A stretch of 64,000 nucleotides of DNA from an uncultured delta proteobacterium. Lineage in GTDB: Bacteria; Myxococcota; Myxococcia; Myxococcales; Anaeromyxobacteraceae. Position 1 is the stretch's first letter, and each line of letters starts with the position of its first letter. The stretch lies in assembly GCA_963766715.1 (NCBI GenBank), contig CAVYBH010000008.1, forward strand, positions 128,001 to 192,000, in the 5' to 3' direction. Shown piece by piece: positions 40,829 through 52,296 of this stretch. The position numbers and the translations under genes are program-made. Under the pieces are notes generated by a model. That model did not search any database. It was not told the origin of the DNA and worked only from the letters and a program-made list of their open reading frames with translations.

Positions 40829-43800
40829 ATGGGCTCCTTCTTCATCCGCCGCCCGATCGTGGCGATGGTGATCTCCATCGTCATGGTCATCATGGGCGCG
40901 GTGGCCATCACCCGGCTGCCGGTGGCGCAGTTCCCGGAGATCACGCCACCGCTCATCCAGGTCACGACGACCTACACCGGCGCGAGCGCGCTCGACGTGG
41001 AGTCGTCCGTCGCGGCGCCCATCGAGCAGCAGGTGAACGGCGTCGAGAACATGATCTACATGAAGTCGACGAACGCGAACGACGGCACCTACAACCTGCA
41101 GGTGTCGTTCGAGGTGGGCTCCAACCTCGACATGTCGAACGTGCTCGTCCAGAACCGCGTCTCGCAGGCCACGGCGATGCTGCCGCAGGACGTGAAGAAC
41201 TACGGCGTCACGGTGAAGAAGTCGCTCAACTTCCCGCTCATGCTGGTGGCGCTCACCTCGCCGTCGGGCGCCTTCGACAACAACTTCCTGTCGAACTACG
41301 CCGCCATCAACATCAACGACCAGCTGAAGCGCATCAGCGGCGTCGGCGACGTCGTGCTCTTCGGCGGCTCCGACTACGCCATGCGGATCTGGATCCGCCC
41401 CGACCGCCTGAAGACGCTGGGGCTCACGGTGGCGGACCTCTCGAACGCCGTGAAGCAGCAGAACGTGCTGCTCCCGGCCGGGCAGATCGGCGGCCCGCCG
41501 GCGCCCAAGGGCACCGAGTTCACCTACGCGGTCCGCACCAAGGGGCGCCTCCTCGACGCCGAGGAGTTCGGCCAGATCGTGGTGCGCTCGAACCCCGACG
41601 GCTCGCAGGTGCGGCTGAAGGACGTGGCCCGGATCGACCTCGGCTCGGTGCTCTACAACTCGGTCGGACGCCTGGACGGAAAGCCGGCCGCCGTCATCGC
41701 GGTCTACCAGACCCCCGGCTCGAACGCGCTCGCCGTCTCGGAAGCGGTGAAGAAGACCGCCTCCGAGCTCTCCGCGCGCTTTCCCCCGGGCGTGAAGCAC
41801 GAGGTCACGCTCGACACCACGCTCGCCATCTCGGCCGGCATCGAGGAGATCCTCAGCACGCTCCTCGAGGCGGTGCTGCTCGTCATCCTGGTGGTCTTCG
41901 TCTTCCTGCAGAACTGGCGGGCCACCCTCATCCCGCTGCTCACCGTGCCGGTGTCGCTCATCGGCACCTTCATGATCTTCCCGCTGCTGGGCTTCTCGGT
42001 GAACACGCTGTCGCTCCTCGGCCTCGTGCTCGCCATCGGCATCGTGGTGGACGACGCCATCGTGGTGGTCGAGGCGGTGATGCACCACATCGAGCGCGGC
42101 ATGTCGCCCAAGGAGGCGACCGCCCAGGCCATGAAGGAGGTCTCCGGGCCGGTCATCGCCATCGCGCTCGTGCTCACCGCGGTCTTCGTGCCGGTGGCCT
42201 TCATCAGCGGCATCTCGGGGCAGCTCTACCAGCAGTTCGCCATCACCATCGCGGTCTCGGTGATGTTCTCGGCCGTGAACGCCCTCACCCTCTCCCCGGC
42301 GCTGGCCTCGTTGCTCCTCAAGCCCAAGGGCGGGAAGCGCTCCTTCCTCCAGCCCTTCTACGACGGCTTCAACAAGGTCTTCGACAAGTTCACCGGCGGG
42401 TACATGTCGATCACCTCCATCCTGGTGCGGAAGCTCTTCCGGAGCGCCGTGCTGGTGGCCGTCTTCGCGGTGCTGGCGGTGGTCATCGCCGGCCGCATCC
42501 CGGGCGGCTTCATCCCCGACGAGGACAACGGCTACTTCCTGGCCGCCCTGCAGCTTCCCGACGCCTCCTCCCTCGAGCGGACCGACGCGGCCGCGAAGAA
42601 GGTCGAGTCGATCCTGATGCAGAACCCGGCGGTGGCCTACACGACCACCATCTCCGGGTACAGCATGCTCTCCGGCGCCTACGCCTCGAACACCGGCTTC
42701 TTCTTCGTCTCGATGAAGCCATGGGAGGAGCGCAAGTCGAAGGACGGAGCGCAGCTTCGAGGTCATGCGGTCGCTCAACGCCCAGTTCGCCCGGGAGGTC
42801 CCGGAGGCGACCGCCTTCGCCTTCGGGCCGCCCCCCATCCCCGGCCTGGGCACCGGGTCGGGCTTCTCGTTCATGCTCCAGGACCGGAGCGGCGGATCGC
42901 CCGAGTACCTGGCCGAGAACCTGGCCAAGTTCATGGCCGCGGCGAAGAAGCGCCCCGAGATCGGCATGGCGAACAGCATCTTCCGCGCCGCCGTGCCGCA
43001 GATCTTCGCCGACGTGGACCGCGACAAGGTGCTGAAGGTCGGGGTGCCGCTCACCGACGTGCTCTCCACCATGGGGAGCTACCTGGGCGGCAACTACATC
43101 AACGACTTCAACCGGTTCGGACGCGTCTACAAGGTCTTCATGCAGGCCGAGCCGGAGTACCGCACCTCGGTGAAGGACCTGGGGCTCTTCTACGTGCGCG
43201 GGCCGAAGGGCGACATGATCCCGCTCGACACGCTCATGTCGACGGGCCCCACCTCCGGCCCCGAGTTCACGAACCGCTTCAACCTCTTCCGCTCCGCCGA
43301 GGTGACCGGCATCCCGGCCCCCGGGTACAGCTCGGCGCAGGCGATGAAGGCGCTCGAGGAAGTGGCCGCCGAGGTGCTGCCCAAGGACATGGGCTACCAG
43401 TGGTCGAACGTCTCGTACCAGGAGAAGAAGGCCGAGGGCACCGCCGCCATCGTCTTCGTCTTCGCCATGATCATGGTGTTCCTCATCCTGGCGGCGCAGT
43501 ACGAGAGCTGGTCGTTGCCGATGAGCGTGCTGCTGGGCACGCCCTTCGCGGCCTTCGGCGCCTTCCTGGGCCTCTGGCTCGCGCGCTTCACGAGCGACAG
43601 CTACGTGAACAACATCTTCGCCCAGATCGGCCTCATCATGCTGGTGGGGCTGGCGGCGAAGAACGCCATCCTCATCGTCGAGTTCGCCAAGATGAACGTG
43701 GAGAAGGGCATGGAACCGGTGGCTGCGGCCCTCGACGCGGCCAAGCTGCGGCTTCGCCCCATCCTCATGACCGCCTTCGCCTTCATCCTGGGCGTGCTCC

Positions 43801-44003
43801 CGCTCGTGCGCGCGGCCGGCGCGGGGGCCGAGAGCCGCAAGGTCATGGGCATGGCGGTCTTCGCCGGCATGCTGGTCGCCACCTTCCTGGCGGTGTTCCT
43901 CGTCCCGGCGCTCTTCGTCATGATCGAGAAGATGGGCGGGAAGAAGCACGCGCCCGCCCCCACCGCCGGGGAGGCCCCTCCGGCCTCCCCTGCCTCCCAC
44001 TAG
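40829..44003 (+). CDS. RND efflux permease (HAE1, AcrB/MexB-like), frameshift ~42750
   Basis: FFIRRPI, AIGIVVDDAIVVVE, GLAAKNAILIVEFA, RLRPILMT. Confidence 0.95.
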
Positions 44004-44013
44004 GAGCGACACC

Positions 44014-45510
44014 GTGACGAGAACGCTCGCCGCCGTCTCCCTCCTCGCCTTCTCGGCCTGCGCCGTCGGCCCGAAGTACCAGCGCCCCGAGGTCGAGGTG
44101 CCGCAGGCCTACCGGTACACGCTGGGCGCCGACGAGGCCGCCTCGATCGCCGATCTCCCCTGGTGGGAGATGTACCGGGACCCCATCCTCCAGGGGCTCA
44201 TCGAGGAGGCTCTCCGCAACAACCAGGACCTGCGGGTCGCCGCGGCTCGCGTGGCCCGGTCCCGGGCGCTGGTGGGCGTCTCCGCCGCCGACTTCTACCC
44301 GCAGATCGGGCTTGGAGCATCCGGCGGCTACGGGCAGCAGAACGCCAAGAACTACTTCCCCGGCCAGGGGCCGCAGGGCGCCTTCGCCCTCAACCTGGGC
44401 CTGTCCTGGGAGCTCGACGTCTGGGGGCGCGTGCGCAACGCCACGGACGCGGCGCGCGCCGACCTGTTCGCCACCGAGGAGGTCCGGCGCGGGGTGGTGC
44501 TCTCGCTCGTCTCGGACGTGGCCCAGGCCTACGCCGAGCTCATGGAGCTCGACGTGGAGCTGGAGATCGCCCAGCGGAACACCGTCACCCGCCAGGGAAC
44601 CCTCGACCTCTTCACCAAGCGCTCCGTGGGCGGCGTGGGCAACGAGCTCGAGGTGAACCAGGCTCGCGCCGACCTCGCGGTGACGGCCGCCGCCATCCCC
44701 GCCACCGAGCGGCTCATCGCCCTGAAGGAAAGCCAGATCGCCGTCCTGCTCGGGCGCCCCCCGGGCGCGATCGCGCGCGCCAAGGCGCCCTTGCAGCAGA
44801 AGACGCCGACCCTGCCCATGGGCGTCCCGGCGGCGCTCCTCGAGCGGCGTCCGGACGTCCGCGCGGCGGAGGATCGCGCCATGTCCGCGACGGCCAACGT
44901 GGGCGTCGCCGTGGCCAACCGGCTGCCCAAGCTCTCGCTCGAGGGGGTCATCGGCCTCGCCGGGCCGTCCCTCGCGACGACCTTCACCCCGGAGGGATTG
45001 CTCTGGAGCGTCGGCGCCGGGCTGCTCGCGCCGATCTTCACGGGCGGGCGCCTCGCCTCGCAGGAGGAGGCGGCCTGGGCCGACCTCGAGCAGTTCGTCG
45101 CGCTCTACCGGCAGCAGGTGATCAACGCCTGGCGCGAGGTGAACGACGCTGCGGTGAGCGTGCGGAAGCTGGGCGAGGTGGCCGTGCAGGCCGAGATCCA
45201 GGTGACCGCGGCGACCACCGCCGAGCGGCTGGCGCGCCTGCGCTACGACGGCGGCGTGTCGAGCTACCTCGACGTTCTCGACGCCCAGCGGTCGCTCTTC
45301 AACTCCGAGCTGACGCTCGCCCAGACGAACCGCGACCAGCTCGTGGCCCTGGTCCAGCTCTACCGGGCGCTCGGCGGGGGCTGGCAGGAGCAGGTCCCTT
45401 CCGCCCCTGCGGCCGGGACGGCGCCGGCCGGCGCTCCTCCCGCCACGCTTCCACCGGCCCCGGTCACCCCGGCGCCGGCGGCGGCGCCGCGGCGGCGCCC
45501 GAAGGGCTGA
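44014..45510 (+). CDS. Outer membrane efflux factor lipoprotein (NodT/OprM family)
   Basis: FSAC lipobox, WELDVWGR, LLERRPDV, LYRALGGGW. Confidence 0.94.
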   Translation: MTRTLAAVSLLAFSACAVGPKYQRPEVEVPQAYRYTLGADEAASIADLPWWEMYRDPILQGLIEEALRNNQDLRVAAARVARSRALVGVSAADFYPQIGLGASGGYGQQNAKNYFPGQGPQGAFALNLGLSWELDVWGRVRNATDAARADLFATEEVRRGVVLSLVSDVAQAYAELMELDVELEIAQRNTVTRQGTLDLFTKRSVGGVGNELEVNQARADLAVTAAAIPATERLIALKESQIAVLLGRPPGAIARAKAPLQQKTPTLPMGVPAALLERRPDVRAAEDRAMSATANVGVAVANRLPKLSLEGVIGLAGPSLATTFTPEGLLWSVGAGLLAPIFTGGRLASQEEAAWADLEQFVALYRQQVINAWREVNDAAVSVRKLGEVAVQAEIQVTAATTAERLARLRYDGGVSSYLDVLDAQRSLFNSELTLAQTNRDQLVALVQLYRALGGGWQEQVPSAPAAGTAPAGAPPATLPPAPVTPAPAAAPRRRPKG

Positions 45511-45520
45511 CGGCCGCCGG

Positions 45521-46811
45521 TCAGGTCAGGTCGCGCGGCTGGCCGGTGGAGGCCAGCACGCTGTTCCAGAGGTCCCCGTCCGGATCGATCGTCTTGCGGC
45601 GCGCCGCCGCGAGCGCGATCGGGACGTGGGTGAACTGGTGGCTCCAGAACCCGACCACCATGTTCGTCCGCCCGGTCATGCCGGCGTGGACGGCGCTGTG
45701 GCCGAGGAGCAGGCAGAAGGCCGAGTCGTGGGCTCCTGCGGGCACGCTCCGGATGGCGTAGCTGGGGTCGATGTACTTGAGGCTGAACTCGACCCCCGCC
45801 CCGGCCAGGTGCGCCGAGATGGCGTCGCGGAGGAACACGCCCACGTCGCCGTGCTTCAGGTTCCCCGACGCGTCGCGCACCGAGGACGGCGGGAGGAGGT
45901 CCTGCCCCGCTCCCTCGGCCACCACGATCGAGCGCGTGGCCGCGCCGCTCCAGGCGCCGGCGCAGCTCGGCGAGGAGCCGCTCCAGGCGGAACGGGACCT
46001 CGGGCACGAGGCAGAAGTTCACGTGCCCCCCGACCAGGACCGAGTAGGCCGCGATGAACCCGGAGTCGCGCCCCATGAGCTTCACGAGCCCGATCCCGTT
46101 CCGCGCCGCCTCCGCCTCGACGTTGGCCGCGTAGGTGGCGCGACGCGCCTCGCCCACCGCGGTGTCGAAGCCGAAGGTCTTCTGGACGAGGAGCACGTCG
46201 TTGTCGATGGTCTTCGGGACCCCGATCACGGCGAGCGGGAACCCGCGGCGCAGCGCCTCCTCGCCGATCTTCTGCGCGCCCCGCAGCGTCCCGTCCCCGC
46301 CGATGGCGAAGAGCAGGTGGACCCCGCGCTCCTGGAGCGTGTCGACCATCTCGGCGGGTTCCTGGTGACCGCGGGACGTGCCCAGGATGGTCCCTCCCAT
46401 CTCCTGGATCCGGTTGACCGACTCCGGGGTGAGGGCCATCGGCTCGTGGCCGTGGCGCCGGACGAGGCCCGCGTACCCGTGGCGGAAGCCGAGCACGTTC
46501 CGGACGCCGTAGTGGTGGTGGAGGCTCAGGACGATGGCCCGGATCACGTCGTTCAGCCCCGGGCAGAGGCCGCCGCAGGTCACGATCCCGCAGGCCAGGC
46601 GCGCCGGGTCGAAGTAGATCCGCTCCCGGGGGCCCGCGACCTCCATCGACGGGGGCGCGGCCCCGGCCTGGAGCCAGGGCTGGATGTCCTCGAGGCGGGA
46701 GTGATGGAGGATCCGCTCGTCGTCGCGGGTGAAGCGGACGCCCGTGAGCGGCGACGGGAAACGGCACTCGCCGAGCCGGGGCACCGTGAAATCGAGGTCG
46801 GCGGTCGCCAT
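45521..46811 (-). CDS. pfkA: 6-phosphofructokinase (PfkA superfamily, ATP-dependent type), frameshift ~45930
   Basis: TCGGLCPG, GGTILGTSR, GGDGTLRG, PKTIDND, MGRDSGF, YIDPSY. Confidence 0.9.
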
Positions 46812-46817
46812 GGCGCG

Positions 46818-47441
46818 CTACGCGGTCTTGTCGCCGACGAACTTGTCCCGCTCGTCGCGGAAGAGCAGGTTGAAGGTGGTCAGGCTGCCGTAGCACTTCG
46901 TCACGTACCCCTGCATCTCCACCTTCTCCGCGTCGGAGAGCTTCGGGTGCGCGTTCAGCTTCTGCTCGAGCACCCGCAGCCGGTCGCGCAGGAGGACCAC
47001 CTTGTGGAAGAGGGCGTCGATGGGGAGCTCCTTCGACTGGAGCGCCGGGTCGGCCGGCTTCACGAGGATGGTGCCGCCCTCCCACCTCGCGTGCGAGCGG
47101 GACCTCGGGCACGTCTTCCCGGAGGGCTTCCCGGATGGCCTGGACGAACTCGTCTCGCGTCATGTCGAGGATCTCCTCGGGCAGCGGGGCTGGGGTGCCC
47201 GGTGGACGGCGGGCGGACGCGCGGCGGGTGCGCGGTGGGTCTCTCGCGGGGGCGCGGGCGCCGGGATGGCGTCGGTGCGCCCCAGGTACTTCTCGCAGGC
47301 GGGAGCGGTTCCGGGAAAGTCACCGGTCCGGACCCTCTGCCGGCAAGGGCCGATGGGGCCGCGCGCGTCCTCCAGGATGGGGCGCCACCACCGGCAGCTC
47401 CCGCACTCCCTCGGTCCGTACACCAGCTCCTGGGCTTCCAT
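46818..47441 (-). CDS. Conserved hypothetical protein with N-terminal Cys4 motif, frameshifted
   Basis: CGSC..C..C N-terminus; C-terminal LFHKVVLLRDRLRVLEQKLN..YGSLTTFNLLF. Confidence 0.7.
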
Positions 47442-47544
47442 CGGTAGCGGCAGTCTAGCCCCCGATGGGCCGCCAGGCCAGGCGCCCGTGACGTGCCCGT
47501 GACAAGCTGCGGTCATGTTCCCCCCGCGGCCCCACTCCGCACCC

Positions 47545-49354
47545 ATGACCATGAAGACGCTCGAGCTGAAGCGGTTCCAGGACCGCACGCTTGCCCGCCC
47601 TGCTGCGCGCCACCGCCCGGCGGACCCCCGACGCCACGTTCCTGCGCGTCCTCGAGCCGCGCGCGCGCGACGCCGCGCCCACCGTGGTGACCTTCGCGGC
47701 CTTCGAGCGCGCCGTCCGCCGCGCCGCCGCCACGCTCGCCGCAGCCGGGCTCGGGCCCGGCGATCGGCTGCTCATGCTGGCCGAGAACTCGCCGGCCTGG
47801 CAGGAGGTGGCGCTCGGCGCGCAGGCGCTCCGGGCCGAGCCAGCCGCGCTCTTCTCCAACCTGGCCGAGGAGCCGGCGCTCGCCATCGCGCTGCGCGTCC
47901 GGCCCCGGGTGGCCTTCGTCTCCGGCCCGGCGCAGTGGGCCAAGCTCTCCACCGCAGGAGCGGAGCTCGCCGCGGCCGGCCTCGTCGCGGTGGTCACCGA
48001 GGCGCCGCTCCCCGCCGGCGCGCTGCCCCCGGGCGTGCGGCAGCTCCCGTCGAGGAGGTGGTCGGCGACCGCGCCGCCCCGCTGGACGACGCGGCCTGGA
48101 ACGCGCTCGTGGACGCGGTGGGGCCGGAGGATCCCTTCCTGCTCCTCTTCACGAGCGGGACCACCGGGCGACCCAAGGGCGTCCGCCTCCCGCAGCGCGC
48201 CATCGTCCACGCCATCGACGGCGGCAACTCGTCGGTGGGCACCGGGCCGGACGACCTCGGGGTCCACTTCCTGCCGTTCGCGCACGTGGCCGGGCACGAT
48301 CAGTTCATGCTGGCGCTCGCCCAGGGACACGCCCTCCTCCTCGTCCAGCGGCGCGAGGACATCGAGCGGTCGTTCGCCTTCGGTCCGACCTACGCCTTCT
48401 CGGTCCCGCTCGTGTACGACCGCTTCCGCACCGCCGTGGAGGAGAAGGTGGCGTCGCTCCCGGCCCCGCTGCGGAGCCTCACCCGCGCGGCGCTGGCCGC
48501 CGGCGTTCGCGTCCGGGTGGAGGGGAGCCGCAATCCCGTCGACCGGATCCTGACCCGCCTGGCCGACCGGCTGGTGGGCGGCCCGCTGCGGCAGAAGCTC
48601 GGCGGGCACGTCCGGGCCCTCTTCTCCGGGGGCGCCCCCGCGTCGCCGGCGCTCTTCCGCTTCCTGGAAGGGCTGGGGATCCCGTGCGTCGAGCTGTACG
48701 GGATGACCGAGACCGCCGGGCTGGTCAGCTCGAACCTGCTCGACGTCCCGCGCCGCCCCGGGCTGCGCGGGCTTCGTCACGCCCGACCACGAGGTTCGCT
48801 TCGACGACGACGGCGAGCTGCTGGTTCGCGGCCCGCTGCTCCTCTCCGGGTACCTCGAGCCGGAGGACGCGGCCGGCGCCTTCACCGACGACGGGTTCTA
48901 TCGCACCGGCAATCGGGCCCGGATCGACGACGAGGGAAGCCTGCGCATCGAGGGGCGCAAGAAGCACCTGCTCGTGCTCTCCACCGGGAAGAAGCTCGCC
49001 CCCGAGCCCCTCGAGCTGATCATCGCCGGCACGCCGCCGTTCCAGGGGGCGGTGCTCCTGGGCGAGGGGCGGCCCTTCGTGTCGGCCGCCGTGTTCGTGG
49101 CCCCCGAGTTCCTGACCCGCATGGCGGCGGAGGGGCGGGACGCCGCCGAGGCCCTCCTGCCGGCGGTCCGCTCGGCCCTCCACGCCTTCAGCGACTTCGA
49201 GAAGCCGAAGAAGCTGGTGGTGCTCCCCGGGTCTCCCGCCGACCATCCCTCCATCGTCACGCCGACGCTCAAGGTGAAGCGCGAGGCGCTGCTGGCGCTG
49301 CTCGGGCCCCGCTTCGCGGCGATCTACGAGCCCCACGCGGAGCACGCGGGCTAG
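47545..49354 (+). CDS. Long-chain acyl-CoA synthetase (AMP-binding), frameshifted
   Basis: FTSGTTGRPKGV, FLPFAH, SGGAP, YGMTE, IEGRKK, TPTLKVKR. Confidence 0.9.
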
Positions 49355-49365
49355 AGGCCCGCGCG

Positions 49366-50100
49366 CTACACCGAGAGCCGGTCGAGGAAGTAGGGCAGCA
49401 TCCTGCGCCACCACGGCCAGTCGTGCGCCACGTCGGGGCCCCAGTAGTCGAACCAGGCCGGGATGCCCTTGTCGCGGAGGATTCCCTCGAGGGCGCGGGT
49501 GTCGGCGAGGCAGTCCTCCTCCCACTGCCCCTGCCCCACCGCGAAGGCGATGGACCCGCGGCGGTAGCGGTCGAGGTAGGTGGGATCGGTGAGGCCCGGC
49601 AGGTACTGCAGCGGGCTGTTGAAGTAGGTGGTGTCGTCCCAGTGATCGCCGACGAAGCTCCTCGCCGAGTAGAGCCCGGAGAGGCCGATGACGCCGTCGA
49701 ACACGTCGGGGCGGCGGAAGAAGAAGTTCGCCGCGTGGAAGGCCCCCATGCTGCAGCCCGTGGTCCACATCGTCCCGCGCCCGGCCGTCCGCCGGACGAA
49801 GGGAACGAGCTCGTCCATCACGTAGCGGTCGTAGTCGAGGTGGCGGCGGGCCCGCTCGGCCGGGGGCACGGCGGCGTTGGTCCAGCTCTGCCAGTCGTTG
49901 CCGTCCACGACCACGAGCCGGATCCGCCCGGCGTCGAGGAACTCGCGGCAGGCGTCGATCATGCCGAAGCCGGCGAAGTCGCCGACGCGTCCGTCCTGGG
50001 AGGGGAACGCCAGGATCGGGCGCCCCGCGTGCCCGTACACCTCGACCTCCATCTCCTGGCCGAGTGCCGGGCTGTTCCAGCGGTGTCGCTCCACGTGCAT
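49366..50100 (-). CDS. Putative esterase (alpha/beta hydrolase)
   Basis: YGHAGRP, GCSMG nucleophile motif, VAHDWPWW. Confidence 0.87.
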   Translation of the reverse strand: MHVERHRWNSPALGQEMEVEVYGHAGRPILAFPSQDGRVGDFAGFGMIDACREFLDAGRIRLVVVDGNDWQSWTNAAVPPAERARRHLDYDRYVMDELVPFVRRTAGRGTMWTTGCSMGAFHAANFFFRRPDVFDGVIGLSGLYSARSFVGDHWDDTTYFNSPLQYLPGLTDPTYLDRYRRGSIAFAVGQGQWEEDCLADTRALEGILRDKGIPAWFDYWGPDVAHDWPWWRRMLPYFLDRLSV

Positions 50101-50117
50101 CGCGTCCCCTCTCCGGA

Positions 50118-51278
50118 TCAGGCCTTCTGCTGGATGGCCGCCGCCGCCGCCGCGAGCTCGTCGAGGTCCGGCGAGCGCAGGATGAACCCGTAGTTCCCGA
50201 TGGCGGCGCTGAAGACGTCGTTCACCGGCTCGTGGTGCACGATGAGGGAGCCGAAGCGCGAGAGCACGTCCTGCACCGGGAGCGCGTAGCGGAACCGGTC
50301 CTTCCGTCCCACGTAGGCGACGCACCAGGGACGCTCGAACCGCTCCATCACCTTGCCGTGGACCACCAGGTCGGCCCAGGTCCGGTAGAGGTCGGCGTCG
50401 TTCTGGTAGTTCCACATGTCCACGGTCATTCCGCCGGGCGGCCGGACGTTCACCTCCAGCGCGACGAGCGACCCATCGGGGCAGCGGAAGAACTCGACGT
50501 GGAAGAAGCGCTCGCGGATGTCGAACGACTTCACGAGCCGCCTCCCCGCGTCGACGAGGTCGGGCTCGATCACCCGGGCGGCGTGGTACCAGACGTCCGC
50601 GTCCTCGTTCACGACCTCCATGATCCCGCGGCTGTAGCGGAGCGAGGCGTCGAAGACGACGTGTCCGTCGCGGTCGGCGAGGCCGTCGTAGGTGACGATG
50701 TCCCCCTGGACGAAGCCCTCGAGCACGTAGTCGACCGCGGGGCGCGAGCCCAGGAAGGCCTCCAGATCGGCGCCGGTCTCCAGCTTCCAGGTCCGGGAGG
50801 CGCCCACGCCGATGTCGGGCTTCGCGACCAGCGGGTAACCGACCTGGCGCACGAAGGCCCGGACCGCCTCGGGATCGCGAACCAGGTGCGCCGGCGCCGC
50901 CGGGACGCCGGCCTTCGCGAAGAGGGACTTCATCCCGGTCTTGCGCTGGATCACTTCCAGGTCGGCGGGGCGGAGGCCCCAGACGTTGAAGTCTTCCCGG
51001 AGCCGCGCCTCGGTCGAGAGCCAGTACTCGCTCATCGAGTCGATCCGGTCGATCTTCCCGTGCCGGAACGTGAGGAATCCCAGGGCCCGGACCAGGTCGT
51101 CGTACCGGTGCATGTCGGCGACCCGGTAGTACTCGGAGACACCCGCGCGCAGCTCGGGGCGGAGCCGCTCCCAGGGCTCGTCGGCGATCGCCAGCGCGGT
51201 CGCGCCCACGTCGTGGAGGCGGGCGACGAACTGCCAGAAGTTGAGGGGGAAGTGGGGGGACAGGAACAGGACGTTCAA
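50118..51278 (-). CDS. ATP-grasp carboxylate-amine ligase-like protein
   Basis: FLSPHFP, GYPLVAKPDIGVGA, FFHVEFF, LEVNVRPPGG. Confidence 0.87.
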   Translation of the reverse strand: MNVLFLSPHFPLNFWQFVARLHDVGATALAIADEPWERLRPELRAGVSEYYRVADMHRYDDLVRALGFLTFRHGKIDRIDSMSEYWLSTEARLREDFNVWGLRPADLEVIQRKTGMKSLFAKAGVPAAPAHLVRDPEAVRAFVRQVGYPLVAKPDIGVGASRTWKLETGADLEAFLGSRPAVDYVLEGFVQGDIVTYDGLADRDGHVVFDASLRYSRGIMEVVNEDADVWYHAARVIEPDLVDAGRRLVKSFDIRERFFHVEFFRCPDGSLVALEVNVRPPGGMTVDMWNYQNDADLYRTWADLVVHGKVMERFERPWCVAYVGRKDRFRYALPVQDVLSRFGSLIVHHEPVNDVFSAAIGNYGFILRSPDLDELAAAAAAIQQKA

Positions 51279-51412
51279 GGGGGCCTCCCCCCGTTGCTTA
51301 CCACGTTCGAAGCCCGCCTCGTTCGGGGCCCACCTTCCCGGATGACAACGTCAGATGAGCAATCTACGGTGCGTCGCTTCTTTTCACTCACCACAACCGG
51401 GGTTCACTCCAC

Positions 51413-52264
51413 ATGAACACGCCGCTCCTTCGCAGGACGTTCCCGCTCCTCGCCGCGCTCCTCGTCCTCTTCGTCGCCGCACCGGCCGTCGCCGAGGAGG
51501 CGCCGCCTCCGCCGTCGAAGGAGGACTCGTTCTTCACCACCACGAACGTCCAGCTGCTCTGGGGCGGCGGCTTCTCCGACGCCCAGCTCGGGTACTTCAC
51601 CAAGACCCAGAGCATGTTCACGCTCACGTTCAACAACTACACGCAGTTCAAGTTCGGCGACAGCTTCGCCTTCGTCGACATGTACCAGGGCGACTTCATC
51701 AGCCCCGTCACCGGCCTCTCCGACGGCAACGCCAAGATCTACGCCGAGTGGCACCCCCGCCTCCTCGTCAACCAGATGCTCGGCATGAAGGACCCCGTCC
51801 TCGGCGTCATCGGCAACTGGGGCGTCGCCGCCGAGATGAACGTCGGCAGCAACTTCTCCGCCTACCTCGTCGGCCCCAGCGTCGACCTCTTCCTCCCCCT
51901 CAACATCTACGTCGGCATGGCCTTCTACTACCGCTACAGCGCCCTCTGGCTCGCCCCGGGCGTCGGCGGCACCATCTACACCAACACCTGGCAGTTCAGC
52001 CCCTACTGGACCGTCCCCTTCTCCATCGGCCCCGTCCCCTTCCTCTTCACCGGCTTCCTCGACATGTACCAGTACTCCACCGGTGGCGTGGACGTGATGT
52101 TCCAGCCCGAGCTCCTCGTCGACGTCCTCGCTCCCTTCGGCAGCAAGAAGAACACCCTCTTCGTCGGCTGCGAGTGGTACCTCCACTCCTACGTCCTCTT
52201 CGACGGCGCTCCCCGCCACACCGTCTCCGCTCCCCAGATCATGGTCCAGTGGAACATCCACTGA
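51413..52264 (+). CDS. Outer membrane nucleoside-specific channel (Tsx/OmpK family)
   Basis: Signal peptide; TNVQLLWG, FGDSFAFVD, YAEWHPRL, FLFTGFLD, FQPELL, GCEW; lies upstream of two nucleobase permeases. Confidence 0.78.
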   Translation: MNTPLLRRTFPLLAALLVLFVAAPAVAEEAPPPPSKEDSFFTTTNVQLLWGGGFSDAQLGYFTKTQSMFTLTFNNYTQFKFGDSFAFVDMYQGDFISPVTGLSDGNAKIYAEWHPRLLVNQMLGMKDPVLGVIGNWGVAAEMNVGSNFSAYLVGPSVDLFLPLNIYVGMAFYYRYSALWLAPGVGGTIYTNTWQFSPYWTVPFSIGPVPFLFTGFLDMYQYSTGGVDVMFQPELLVDVLAPFGSKKNTLFVGCEWYLHSYVLFDGAPRHTVSAPQIMVQWNIH

Positions 52265-52296
52265 GCCACGGCTGACCCGGGGCGCGCGGAGGTGAC

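Noticed and set aside
42700..42800. Naturally split RND permease or programmed frameshift
   Set aside because: One of many similar indels in the window; a sequencing error is more parsimonious.
51279..51412. Purine riboswitch or PyrR attenuator upstream of the nucleobase uptake genes
   Set aside because: I could not find the consensus motifs or a terminator/antiterminator by eye; an Rfam scan would be decisive.
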